IMG/VR virus record: IMGVR_UViG_3300011113_000675
Location: 1 to 64,000 of that record
Source: a virus
Reading direction: 5' to 3' (one strand)
Length of the DNA: 64,000 bases
The notes under the pieces are model-generated. The model had not been told where the DNA came from and did not search any database. It saw only the letters and a program-made list of their open reading frames with translations. The position numbers and the translations under genes are program-made. Shown in pieces: positions 39,232-48,161 of this stretch (position 1 is the stretch's first letter; the number at the start of each line of letters is the position of its first letter).

Positions 39232-41322
39232 ATGCCATTAGATATAAATTCCGCTCAACAATCAATACAAAGCAAGATTGATGCCTACAAAACTTACAGG
39301 GAGGTTTCACAATCAGAAAAAACTCTTTTGGGCAAATTGGGTAATTCCGCTACTGAGGCAACCTCACAAATTTCAAGTCAATTAGATAAGGTAAGTGAAT
39401 TTCAAAAAAGGTTTCAAAGAAATCCTCCGAATTCAATGGACCAACTATTGGGGTTTCTGGGTCAAACACAAGGGAACGGTAGTGCTACTTTAAAATATTT
39501 GAGGTCTAAGATATTACAAGCCGCCGCTCAAATTGAACCTAAAATGGCTGATATTCTAAAAAAAGAGACGATAAATGCTCTTGGATGTTCAGTCGAACAA
39601 ACATATAATGGTGTAACGGCAGAAAGTTTATCTTTACAACCTATACCACTAAGACCACAACAAGAAGGAATATACATTCCTGTAAACTCGGTAGATTTTT
39701 TTTCGAATCTGAAACAGTCTCCTCAGACAAACTTTGGTAAAGTTTATTATGAGAAAGAAGACCCATCAGCAGATTCGACATTCCGTCCTTACGGAGGTCC
39801 GATACCATTTCCGATGAACAAGCAGTTATTCAACTTAATGACCGCTGATAACAAAGACAGGTCATACAGTCAAATCAATGGAAAGAATTATACAGGAAAA
39901 TCAGGACAAAATTTATTTGATGTACAGTATACTCAAATGAACAGTTTTGGTGTGACTGGTGACTACTATAGAGTTTTTTTGATTGACCGTGAAGATGGTC
40001 AAGGAAATATAACAAATAATGTTGGAGAATTTATTTCTGACTACTATAGCACTATAAAAATAGTGGACTCTGTTGATATTGGAGCCCAACTTGTGAATTT
40101 GATTTCGGGGGCTATGGACATCAACGCACAAGTTGGTTTCGGTGAATTAAATAATCAAAGCAGATTTGGATTGATTGCTTCAAGGATACTTGGATTGTGT
40201 TTCGATGAAAGAAGAGAAATCGATGTGAGTGGAGTGGCAAAAGTTGGTGAATTGGATGGTGTTGATGATAGTTTTTTTGAACTTAACGAAATTGACTTAA
40301 GGAATATCGAAGTTGAAATTTCGAACGTTCAAAATGGTATTATGGAATTCGAAGATTGTGATAATATACAATTACCTGTCGATTCTGAAGCGTTGGTTGC
40401 TCAATTGATTGAATTTCGAAACAATTTGAGTGGAGAAACTGTTGAACAACAAGCTGAAAATATTGGAGCAATTATCGATACTATATCAGATAATCCTAGT
40501 TGGTCTTTAACCGCACCTGCAAATCTGAATGTTAAAATTTCAATAGATAAGAGTGTGATAAAAAAAATACCATTGGCAGTTGCCGCTGGAGTATTAACAC
40601 CAAAAAATCTTTTCCCACTTTATACTTTATTATCTGTAGTAGAATCTGGAGCAACATACACTTACAATCAAGCAGTCACTGAAATTAATCAAACTACAGC
40701 CCCAATTACTGATTTCGGAAATCAAGCCGCTAATATCGGAGCACAAGGAAGTAATATTGTCAATAGTGGAGAAGATTTCTTAAAAAAATTCAAAACTTTT
40801 TCGATTCAAGTCATTTCTCAAATTAATGCGGAGTTTCTTCAAGTTCTTTATGAAATATTAAAAAAAGATATTATAAATTTAGTATCTATTATAATTACGG
40901 ATGTTTCGAACTCAGCTAGATTGAAACAATATACCATGATAATTAGACTAGTACAAATTGCTTTAGTTGTAGCTCAGTTAGTAGATGACTATCGTAGATG
41001 TAAAAGCCTTTTAGACAATATATTACTCTTACTAAATTTAATTGGTCAAACAGCGCGTATTACAATTCCACAACCGTTATTGGCCTTAGCAGATTTATTA
41101 CCTGGAACTTCACCTGAAAGAGCATCAATAAACGTTATTGAAGGCCTACAGAAGGTAGGGATACCAACAGGAACTTTACCCGATGGTTCACCAAACTTAA
41201 TGGGACTATACGATTTAATAAGTAAAAGAGGTAGTGAAAAAGAAGAAGCGGAAAATGGTAAAATTTTAACAACAATAAAACCTCAATCTGGAGGATTTTT
41301 GATGGTAGGTAAAAAGTTTTAA
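39232..41322 (+). CDS. large hypothetical protein, probably baseplate/tail-associated
   Basis: 696 aa in a late operon upstream of the gp5-like gene. Confidence 0.65.
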   Translation: MPLDINSAQQSIQSKIDAYKTYREVSQSEKTLLGKLGNSATEATSQISSQLDKVSEFQKRFQRNPPNSMDQLLGFLGQTQGNGSATLKYLRSKILQAAAQIEPKMADILKKETINALGCSVEQTYNGVTAESLSLQPIPLRPQQEGIYIPVNSVDFFSNLKQSPQTNFGKVYYEKEDPSADSTFRPYGGPIPFPMNKQLFNLMTADNKDRSYSQINGKNYTGKSGQNLFDVQYTQMNSFGVTGDYYRVFLIDREDGQGNITNNVGEFISDYYSTIKIVDSVDIGAQLVNLISGAMDINAQVGFGELNNQSRFGLIASRILGLCFDERREIDVSGVAKVGELDGVDDSFFELNEIDLRNIEVEISNVQNGIMEFEDCDNIQLPVDSEALVAQLIEFRNNLSGETVEQQAENIGAIIDTISDNPSWSLTAPANLNVKISIDKSVIKKIPLAVAAGVLTPKNLFPLYTLLSVVESGATYTYNQAVTEINQTTAPITDFGNQAANIGAQGSNIVNSGEDFLKKFKTFSIQVISQINAEFLQVLYEILKKDIINLVSIIITDVSNSARLKQYTMIIRLVQIALVVAQLVDDYRRCKSLLDNILLLLNLIGQTARITIPQPLLALADLLPGTSPERASINVIEGLQKVGIPTGTLPDGSPNLMGLYDLISKRGSEKEEAENGKILTTIKPQSGGFLMVGKKF

Positions 41323-41324
41323 TA

Positions 41325-41537
41325 ATGAAAGACGAAAAATTTAAGGAAATATTAGATAGTCAACTATCTCTCAAAGATTTACCAAATACAAAGTTGGTGG
41401 AATATATGGATTTATTATCATCAGACTTCGAATTAACAAAAGATTCTATAATCAAAAGTACCCTATACTTAGATAAAGTAGAAGAATTATACGACAGGTT
41501 ATTGAAGGTTTATCAAGAAAGAAATAATGGAAAATAA
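41325..41537 (+). CDS. hypothetical protein
   Basis: Tightly coupled small ORF. Confidence 0.6.
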   Translation: MKDEKFKEILDSQLSLKDLPNTKLVEYMDLLSSDFELTKDSIIKSTLYLDKVEELYDRLLKVYQERNNGK

Positions 41538-43062
41538 CTCAATTTTTTTTCAGTGTAGAGTGTTAAATACTGAAGACCCAATGATGCTGGGTCGTATCAG
41601 AGGTGTTCGTCTTATTGACAACTATGACGATATATTAAAAAGTATTAGTGACCCTCCGTGGAACGAAGAAAAAGATATATGGACTTCTCGTGACCCATTT
41701 GTATTTAATGCTTTACTTCCATATTTCGTATATTCTGTACCCAAAGTAGACGAATTAGTTCAAGTTATTTACGTGAACAAAGATTTTCAATATCAAAATC
41801 AATACTACGTTCAAAACACATTTTCAACTCCGACAGCTACCTTCAAAGAATTTTATTTCGGTGGAAATAAATTCACAGGTACGGGTATGCAAATCAAAAA
41901 CCCTAAACCTCTCAAGAACCAAGATGGAACGTTTACTGACCAATCTGTACATAAAGGAGTTTTTCCTCAACCAGGAGATAATGCACTTTTAGGTAGAGGA
42001 AGTGCTGATGTTGTTGTGAAACAAGACGAAGTATTAATACGAGCAGGTAAATTTAAAGGGGAACAATTGCAACCTAACGTAATTCCTGTTGCTAACCAAC
42101 AGAGGGGGTTTTTACAATTATCAAAGTTTCAAAGTACACTACAAAATTTAGAGCCAAAAACCTACTTTGAACTTCAGGAAGATGTTTTACTCACAAAATA
42201 TTTAATTGAATGGACTTTAACCAATCCTGAGAATGCTCAAGACCGATTTACGGGTGCAGTTTATTTGTACCAATTAAAACCTGACGTTTCTATAAATTCC
42301 AAAAATATAACAGTCGATAGTGAGATTTCAGAAAATCTTAAAAAATTAGTTGCAACAGAATCTTTCACGATGTTATCAAAAACTCAGACTATTGAATTTA
42401 TAAATAATTTCATCAAGACCTGTAATCAAAGTAATGTAACAAGAAGCGGTGTAAAATTATTTACTGATAACAATGATGCAAACAAATTTCCGATTTTTTA
42501 TCGACCTAATACAATAATGTATTCCAAGTTGAACCCTTCAACACCTTTGGGGTCAACTGCAACTCCAATAGAAGTGAGTAACATCAGTGACATTTATAAA
42601 GGGGTAAAATTGAATCCATCATTAAAAGGGGGTTATGGTTTAATTTATACAAAAGGTAAAGTTGGAAATCCAAGAACCCCGGTAAAAAAGGTAGTTAAAC
42701 AACAAAAATACGTAAACCAAGAATCTTCTTATGGAGCATTAGGAAGTGATGTGTTATTTTTAGTTTCACACAATTCCCAAGTACCTGGTAAAGGAAAAAT
42801 TAATTTCGACGACACTTTATATGGAATTACTCCTGAGAAATTTGCTAATGAATTTTTTCCTAAAACTTCTAGTATGGTTAGAGGTGAGGAACTTTTGGAA
42901 TTGATTAACTTGATTGTAAAGTTCTTGGTAACTCATACTCACGCGTATCCCGGTCTCCCACCAGTACCTGTAACTCAAGATGGAACAAACGTTCAATCAA
43001 TTCTAACCGAGCTCAATAATGCGGTTAACAAAATTCTAAGTAAAAATATTAGACTTAATTGA
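41527..43062 (+). CDS. baseplate hub/central spike protein, gp5/VgrG-like
   Basis: N-terminal V...DPMMLGRIR...PKVDELV OB-fold signature; C-terminal RGEELL...THTH spike-tip motif. Confidence 0.75.
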   Translation: MENNSIFFQCRVLNTEDPMMLGRIRGVRLIDNYDDILKSISDPPWNEEKDIWTSRDPFVFNALLPYFVYSVPKVDELVQVIYVNKDFQYQNQYYVQNTFSTPTATFKEFYFGGNKFTGTGMQIKNPKPLKNQDGTFTDQSVHKGVFPQPGDNALLGRGSADVVVKQDEVLIRAGKFKGEQLQPNVIPVANQQRGFLQLSKFQSTLQNLEPKTYFELQEDVLLTKYLIEWTLTNPENAQDRFTGAVYLYQLKPDVSINSKNITVDSEISENLKKLVATESFTMLSKTQTIEFINNFIKTCNQSNVTRSGVKLFTDNNDANKFPIFYRPNTIMYSKLNPSTPLGSTATPIEVSNISDIYKGVKLNPSLKGGYGLIYTKGKVGNPRTPVKKVVKQQKYVNQESSYGALGSDVLFLVSHNSQVPGKGKINFDDTLYGITPEKFANEFFPKTSSMVRGEELLELINLIVKFLVTHTHAYPGLPPVPVTQDGTNVQSILTELNNAVNKILSKNIRLN

Positions 43063-43070
43063 TATTTATA
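43063..43070 (+). promoter_or_regulatory. late-type promoter motif TATTTATA
   Basis: 13 nt upstream of ATG 43084. Confidence 0.6.
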
Positions 43071-43083
43071 AGATAAAAGATAA

Positions 43084-44586
43084 ATGTCGATCTTAAGGTC
43101 TTATATAAATAAAAACAATACCATCATTTCAAACTCATATGTTAATACGGGAAGAAATCCTGTAATTGAGTTAAATTTTGGTGCTTCGGATGTCATTGTC
43201 CCAAACTTTGGTTACACAAGATTTATCTTTGATTTAGATTTATCTTTATTAGAAGAAAATATTGCTTCGGGGGTCATATCAACAGGATGTACTTCAGCAA
43301 TGACTCATACCCTGAAAATGACTAATACATCTTCATTTGACAATGAATTATTGAATTCATTTATGTCCAATGAAAGACGAAGAGCAACTTCATTTGATTT
43401 AATATTATGGAGAATCCCCAAATTTTCAGGAGCCACAGGTAATCCTCAATATTGGGATGAAGGTGTCGGATATGACTACAGTGACTTCAACATTGCACAA
43501 AATAGTGCGAATGGTGGAATTTCCCCTTTAACGTACGTTGACAGTCGAGCATATTCTACACGACCATCTAACTGGTATCAAACGACAACTCTCTCTGGAT
43601 GGTCTCAAAATGGTATCTATGACAATAGAAATCAAGGGAGTGTAAACTATTCAGGTTTGACAATCGTGGCTCGACAACATTTCGAACTTGGAAACGAAGA
43701 TTTAAACATGGATATGACCGCCGAAATCAACGGTATATTGAATGGGTCAATAACTGGAGTCACAGGTTGGGGTATTTCATATCTACCACAAATAGAAAAT
43801 ATCACAGGTCTTACAGATAGTTACAGTGTTGCATTTTTCTCGAGACACACTCAAACATTCTATCAACCATATCTTTTAACAAATTACAATGATTTTGTTG
43901 AAGACGACAGAAATCTATTCCTCAAGAACCAAGAAAATAAATTATTTTTATATGTTTATCAAAATGGTGATTTTGTAAACCTTGACTCTGACCCATTTGT
44001 TAGGATTGAAGATAGAAATGGAACTGCGGTAACTGGAATGGCTTCATTAACAACTTGTCTAAAAACCAAGGGGATATATGAAGTCACAGTACCAAATGGG
44101 TTCTCCAACTATCCAACACCATGTATTTTTTATGATGTTTGGTCTGGTCTTACAATCAATGGTCAATCAGTCCCAAATGTGACAAACCAATTTACATTAC
44201 AACCTTACACTTCAGGTATTCAAATTGGTTCCGTTTCTAAAGACCCCGAAATATTTGGTTTTGATTTCTATGGTATTCTTCAAAATGAAAAAATCCTTAA
44301 CACAGATATTCGTAAAGTTGGTGTAACTATCAAGAAAGCTTATACAGGACAACAACTCTTATCAGACGTTTCAGGATTTTATCGAGTATATGTTACTGAA
44401 GGAACAACAGAAGTTTTAGTTCAAGATTGGACTCCACTGAATCGTACTCCGAATGAATATTATTTCATATTTGATATGAGAGACAAAATACCAAACCAAT
44501 ATTTTGTTGATATTCAAGTGAACACTTCAGGTGAAAAGGATACTTATAAAAGACAATTAACATTTTCAATCGTAAATACAAAATGA
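43084..44586 (+). CDS. beta-rich virion structural protein (hypothetical)
   Basis: NTGRNPVIEL, WDEGVG, FFSRHT.T...P.L; late-type motif upstream. Confidence 0.65.
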   Translation: MSILRSYINKNNTIISNSYVNTGRNPVIELNFGASDVIVPNFGYTRFIFDLDLSLLEENIASGVISTGCTSAMTHTLKMTNTSSFDNELLNSFMSNERRRATSFDLILWRIPKFSGATGNPQYWDEGVGYDYSDFNIAQNSANGGISPLTYVDSRAYSTRPSNWYQTTTLSGWSQNGIYDNRNQGSVNYSGLTIVARQHFELGNEDLNMDMTAEINGILNGSITGVTGWGISYLPQIENITGLTDSYSVAFFSRHTQTFYQPYLLTNYNDFVEDDRNLFLKNQENKLFLYVYQNGDFVNLDSDPFVRIEDRNGTAVTGMASLTTCLKTKGIYEVTVPNGFSNYPTPCIFYDVWSGLTINGQSVPNVTNQFTLQPYTSGIQIGSVSKDPEIFGFDFYGILQNEKILNTDIRKVGVTIKKAYTGQQLLSDVSGFYRVYVTEGTTEVLVQDWTPLNRTPNEYYFIFDMRDKIPNQYFVDIQVNTSGEKDTYKRQLTFSIVNTK

Positions 44587-45053
44587 ATAAAGTAGTTAAA
44601 CTTACAGAAAACGATTTGACCCACTTGGTCAACAGAGTACTCAAAGAACAAGATGAAGAACAAGCAAATTACATGTTTTTTAGTAATTTGAAACAAATTG
44701 CAAGACAATGTAAAATGTTATTGGAAATGGACCCTGAGATGATTGACCAAATCCTACTTGATGGTCATGATTGGGCGGATGACCACGTTACAGAGGCCAA
44801 AGTTAATATGGATCAAGTTTTCGATTTCATAATGAATGAAAAAAGAAAAATGGACCAATACGTTGACTATGAAGATATGAATGAGGGGAGAAAAAAAACA
44901 GGTACTAAACTTTGTGCTAGAGGCAAATCTGCGGCAAAATCCAAATTCAAAGTTTATCCATCAGCGTACGCCAACGGTTATGCGGTTCAGGTCTGTAAAG
45001 GGAAAATGCCAGGTTTAGATGGTAAAAAACATTGTTCAGGAGCTTATTGTTAA
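44583..45053 (+). CDS. hypothetical protein with LTE...VLKE leader and basic Cys-containing KFKVYPSAYAN module
   Basis: Translated sequence. Confidence 0.72.
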   Translation: MNKVVKLTENDLTHLVNRVLKEQDEEQANYMFFSNLKQIARQCKMLLEMDPEMIDQILLDGHDWADDHVTEAKVNMDQVFDFIMNEKRKMDQYVDYEDMNEGRKKTGTKLCARGKSAAKSKFKVYPSAYANGYAVQVCKGKMPGLDGKKHCSGAYC

Positions 45054-45079
45054 GGGAAATTTTATTTCCCTTTTTTTTT
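45052..45079 (+). terminator. Rho-independent terminator
   Basis: AAGGGAAAT-TTT-ATTTCCCTT followed by T-run, at the stop of 44583..45053. Confidence 0.8.
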
Positions 45080-45093
45080 GTTCAGAAAAGTTT

Positions 45094-45101
45094 TATCTTT
45101 G
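45094..45101 (+). promoter_or_regulatory. Bacteroidota-type -7 element TATCTTTG
   Basis: Matches TAnnTTTG, after a terminator and 24 nt before ATG 45126; -33 spacing not canonical. Confidence 0.45.
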
Positions 45102-45125
45102 TAGAACAATCACTACTTATTAACA

Positions 45126-45527
45126 ATGACAAAATTTTTCAGAAAACTTTGGATACGAATTTTTATTCGTGTTTCAAGAAAAATTCATCCATCAATTGAA
45201 TCATTGGAGGACAATGAAAAGTTAGCATCTGCAATTTGTAGAACACTAATTAAGCATCCTGAATCAACCTTCTTGATTGCTCCATTGTCTCAAAAAAGAT
45301 ACATCAAAAATGAAGTCATGCAAATGTTCATTATCTTAGAGGGAGATAGGATGAACATCACTAATCACATTTACAATTATGACATTCTTCTCACAAAAGA
45401 AACAAGTGAAAGACTCAATAGAATTTTCGATAATAAAGTTGAAGAGGTGAGGTCAAAATTTGAAAAAGAAATGAAAAGTCAAGTACGTCATTCTCTTTAT
45501 TCAATTTTGGAAAAATTATCTAATTGA
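45126..45527 (+). CDS. hypothetical protein
   Basis: ORF with own putative promoter. Confidence 0.65.
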   Translation: MTKFFRKLWIRIFIRVSRKIHPSIESLEDNEKLASAICRTLIKHPESTFLIAPLSQKRYIKNEVMQMFIILEGDRMNITNHIYNYDILLTKETSERLNRIFDNKVEEVRSKFEKEMKSQVRHSLYSILEKLSN

Positions 45528-46268
45528 TTCTCTTAAAACTTTTTTTACCAAATCCCGTAATTGTTCATTTCGGGATTTTTTTGGTTTATAACTCGTCATA
45601 GTCGGGGCGTTTCCTTTTCCAACTTTTGGGTCTGCTTTTTCAGCTTTTCTTTTTTGTTGACAAGCAGATTTTTTCTGTGAATCAGTCATTTTTGAGGCCA
45701 CTCCAGCAGCACGACACTTCGGATACCCTTTACTATCTGCTTCAGGTCTTCCACACGGGGGATGTCCTCCACCTTCTTTTTTTCTACAAATGTTAACCCA
45801 CGGCCCTTTTGGTTGTTTTGAGCCTTTAGGTTTTTTCTTTGTCCCAAACCAAACGGCTAAATCTTCTTTAAGTAATTCCTCTTTTAAAACATCTTGATAA
45901 TCGCTTTTCGGAAGATTTGCGATTCTTTTTATATATTCGGGAGTACCAGGGACTTCCGTATTGTTAGGAACATATCCATTCATTGGATTTCCCTCATCGT
46001 CACTTTGTGAGAACATGGCTTTAGCTCTTTTTGCCTTATCTATGGCGTTTCTTTCATTTTTATTAATCGTTTGTGAGTCTCTTTCCATATTACCATCGTA
46101 ACTATCATACGCGTTCATGGCACTCACATACTCAGACACGGGATTAACAAATGGTTCTAAATTTTGATTTGTCCAAGTTTGGGGAGCTAATACTAAAGGA
46201 ATTCTCATTTTTCCAGAACTTCCAGAACCTGTCGCTTCTTTTATAATATTTTTTTTCGTATCTTTCAC
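45516..46268 (-). CDS. hypothetical basic protein with WF...WVNIC...PPCGR...YPKC module
   Basis: Translated sequence; flanked by I/L-x-E peptides. Confidence 0.72.
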   Translation of the reverse strand: MKDTKKNIIKEATGSGSSGKMRIPLVLAPQTWTNQNLEPFVNPVSEYVSAMNAYDSYDGNMERDSQTINKNERNAIDKAKRAKAMFSQSDDEGNPMNGYVPNNTEVPGTPEYIKRIANLPKSDYQDVLKEELLKEDLAVWFGTKKKPKGSKQPKGPWVNICRKKEGGGHPPCGRPEADSKGYPKCRAAGVASKMTDSQKKSACQQKRKAEKADPKVGKGNAPTMTSYKPKKSRNEQLRDLVKKVLRESIR

Positions 46269-46271
46269 AAT

Positions 46272-46279
46272 AATAAATA
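46272..46279 (-). promoter_or_regulatory. late-type promoter motif TATTTATT
   Basis: 3 nt upstream of GTG 46268. Confidence 0.55.
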
Positions 46280-46296
46280 TATCAATTCATTGTATT

Positions 46297-46524
46297 ATGA
46301 CAGACAAACAACCTATTGGATTACTATTTGGAAGTGTTGGATATTACAGTCCTGATGACATCAATTCTATCTGTGACGATATGAATTTAGAACAAGCATA
46401 TTTTATGATAATAAAGGCTTTGGAATATTCTCACAATTCTAATATCTTTACACTTCAAGAATCTGAATTAGTTTCCAAGTCGCTTAGAATTTTCAACAAA
46501 CATTTCACCGAAGAAAAATCATGA
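46297..46524 (+). CDS. hypothetical protein
   Basis: Small ORF coupled to the next gene. Confidence 0.6.
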   Translation: MTDKQPIGLLFGSVGYYSPDDINSICDDMNLEQAYFMIIKALEYSHNSNIFTLQESELVSKSLRIFNKHFTEEKS

Positions 46525-46937
46525 AAAAATTTATTGTTTCCTTATTTTTACTGATTACATTTTATTTTCCTGTTTTTTCACAAGGAGTTGGAATTCCATT
46601 AAGAACATTCAAACTTAATAATGGAATTGATTTGTTGAAAAATTCTTTTTCCCCAAGTGCTTCCGAAATGTATGGTGAGTTAGAATCAGAATTTATAGGA
46701 GACATCAATGATTACGAAATCATTAAAATAGAATCTTTCTTAAATTTTTTAGATTGGGTCAAAAATGAAAATTACATCTCTGTAGTCAAAAGAAGATATA
46801 ACACAACTATGTCCGAAACCTCAGTTGGTATAAACCCAATAAAATCAAATGGAGAAACCAAAAAAATCGCAATAATTTATTGGAAAAATGAAAAGGAAAA
46901 CTTTGATGAAATGGTTTGTTTTTTAGTAAATTATTGA
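46521..46937 (+). CDS. secreted protein with Sec signal peptide
   Basis: MKKFIVSLFLLITFYFPVFS|Q. Confidence 0.68.
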   Translation: MKKFIVSLFLLITFYFPVFSQGVGIPLRTFKLNNGIDLLKNSFSPSASEMYGELESEFIGDINDYEIIKIESFLNFLDWVKNENYISVVKRRYNTTMSETSVGINPIKSNGETKKIAIIYWKNEKENFDEMVCFLVNY

Positions 46938-48082
46938 GAAATTTCTGGCAATTTGATTATTAATCTTCTGTTTGGTGCAGTTTTCTTGGTATCTCGAACT
47001 TCAGGATACTTCATACCCTTTGCGAACTGGTCTGTTTGTCCTATCGGGTTTGGTATGAAGTTCAATGTCTTATTACCCGTTTCCCTCTTCAATCTGTCTA
47101 TAATTGTTTGTGCTCTACGTTTGGACAATTCCATGTTATATTGCTCCTTTGTTGCCGGATCACTATCAATGGATGCTGACGTTGTTACTGTTACGTCTCC
47201 ACTAACGTTACTATAAAACTTTTTAATGTTTTCGATGAATTCTTTGAAACTTTTTTCTGCTTCGGGGGTCAAATCTGTTTTGTCAAACTCAAATGGACTT
47301 TCAATGTCGAAAGAAGTTATTTTCGGAGTCTCAGTCGGTGGAATTTCCTCTGGTTCTCGAACTCCACCAGGGCTCCCATATTCAAGAGGAGATATTTCAA
47401 CAATAAATGCACCTGGAACGTAACTTTGGTTGTAGAAAATTTCATTTCCTGGTTTATTTTTCACTTTTTCAAAATCGGCAGATGAAATCTCAGAGCTTCC
47501 GACATCTCCATTAAATGAAATTTGACCCCATTGAGGGACATTTTTTTGAGTGTTGAAAGCACAATACCAATAAGGTGTGGAGGGTGACATACTTCTATAT
47601 CTTGGTGAATGACCTGGGTCTGAGGTGTCGTCCATCATTTCACCTATGAATATTGCATTTTGGGTCAGTTTGTTGGGTATTATATAGTTTCCACTCGATC
47701 CTTTTTTTATTATTCCACCTAATTGTTCTAAGGTTGGTATTTGAATATAAGTGTCTGGCGTGTCAACTGGTGAATTTTTTTTCCAATCAACTATACCTGC
47801 TCTTTTTGGATCATTAGCCATAAATGCCATGGTACTGTAATATTCTTGTCCTTGCTTCCTAAGCCCTTTATGTCTGTAAAGAAAATAGTCCGATCCTCTC
47901 TGAAAAACTTTGTAACCTAATATTTCCCAAAAAGGCTCACTATTATCTTCTGCGGACACAGGTTGGGATATCCCAGTCTCTAATTGTTCTGACATCAGAT
48001 AAAACTTTTTAGTTGCTGATTCATGAAGAGATAAAATTCTATTTCTTTCTTCGTTAGATATTTCCCAAGTTTGCTTAATCAT
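46931..48082 (-). CDS. protein with C-terminal OmpA-like peptidoglycan-binding domain (start moved to ATG 48082)
   Basis: FEFDKTDL, YNMELSKRRA, NRRLII; the longer ORF-track start crosses a terminator and promoter. Confidence 0.8.
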   Translation of the reverse strand: MIKQTWEISNEERNRILSLHESATKKFYLMSEQLETGISQPVSAEDNSEPFWEILGYKVFQRGSDYFLYRHKGLRKQGQEYYSTMAFMANDPKRAGIVDWKKNSPVDTPDTYIQIPTLEQLGGIIKKGSSGNYIIPNKLTQNAIFIGEMMDDTSDPGHSPRYRSMSPSTPYWYCAFNTQKNVPQWGQISFNGDVGSSEISSADFEKVKNKPGNEIFYNQSYVPGAFIVEISPLEYGSPGGVREPEEIPPTETPKITSFDIESPFEFDKTDLTPEAEKSFKEFIENIKKFYSNVSGDVTVTTSASIDSDPATKEQYNMELSKRRAQTIIDRLKRETGNKTLNFIPNPIGQTDQFAKGMKYPEVRDTKKTAPNRRLIIKLPEISQ

Positions 48083-48096
48083 ACTATATAATTTAT

Positions 48097-48104
48097 TATA
48101 AATA
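48097..48104 (-). promoter_or_regulatory. late-type promoter motif TATTTATA
   Basis: 14 nt upstream of ATG 48082. Confidence 0.65.
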
Positions 48105-48111
48105 TCAGGAT

Positions 48112-48143
48112 AAAAAAAAAGGGACAATTTCTTGTCCCTTTTT
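48112..48143 (-). terminator. Rho-independent terminator after major capsid gene
   Basis: AAAAAGGGACAA-4nt-TTGTCCCTTTTT with T9 tail on the minus strand. Confidence 0.88.
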
Positions 48144-48161
48144 ACCATATCGAAATTTCGA

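Noticed and set aside
48083-48148. N-terminal extension of the OmpA-like ORF given in the track
   Set aside because: It spans the MCP terminator and the late-type motif; ATG 48082 is more plausible
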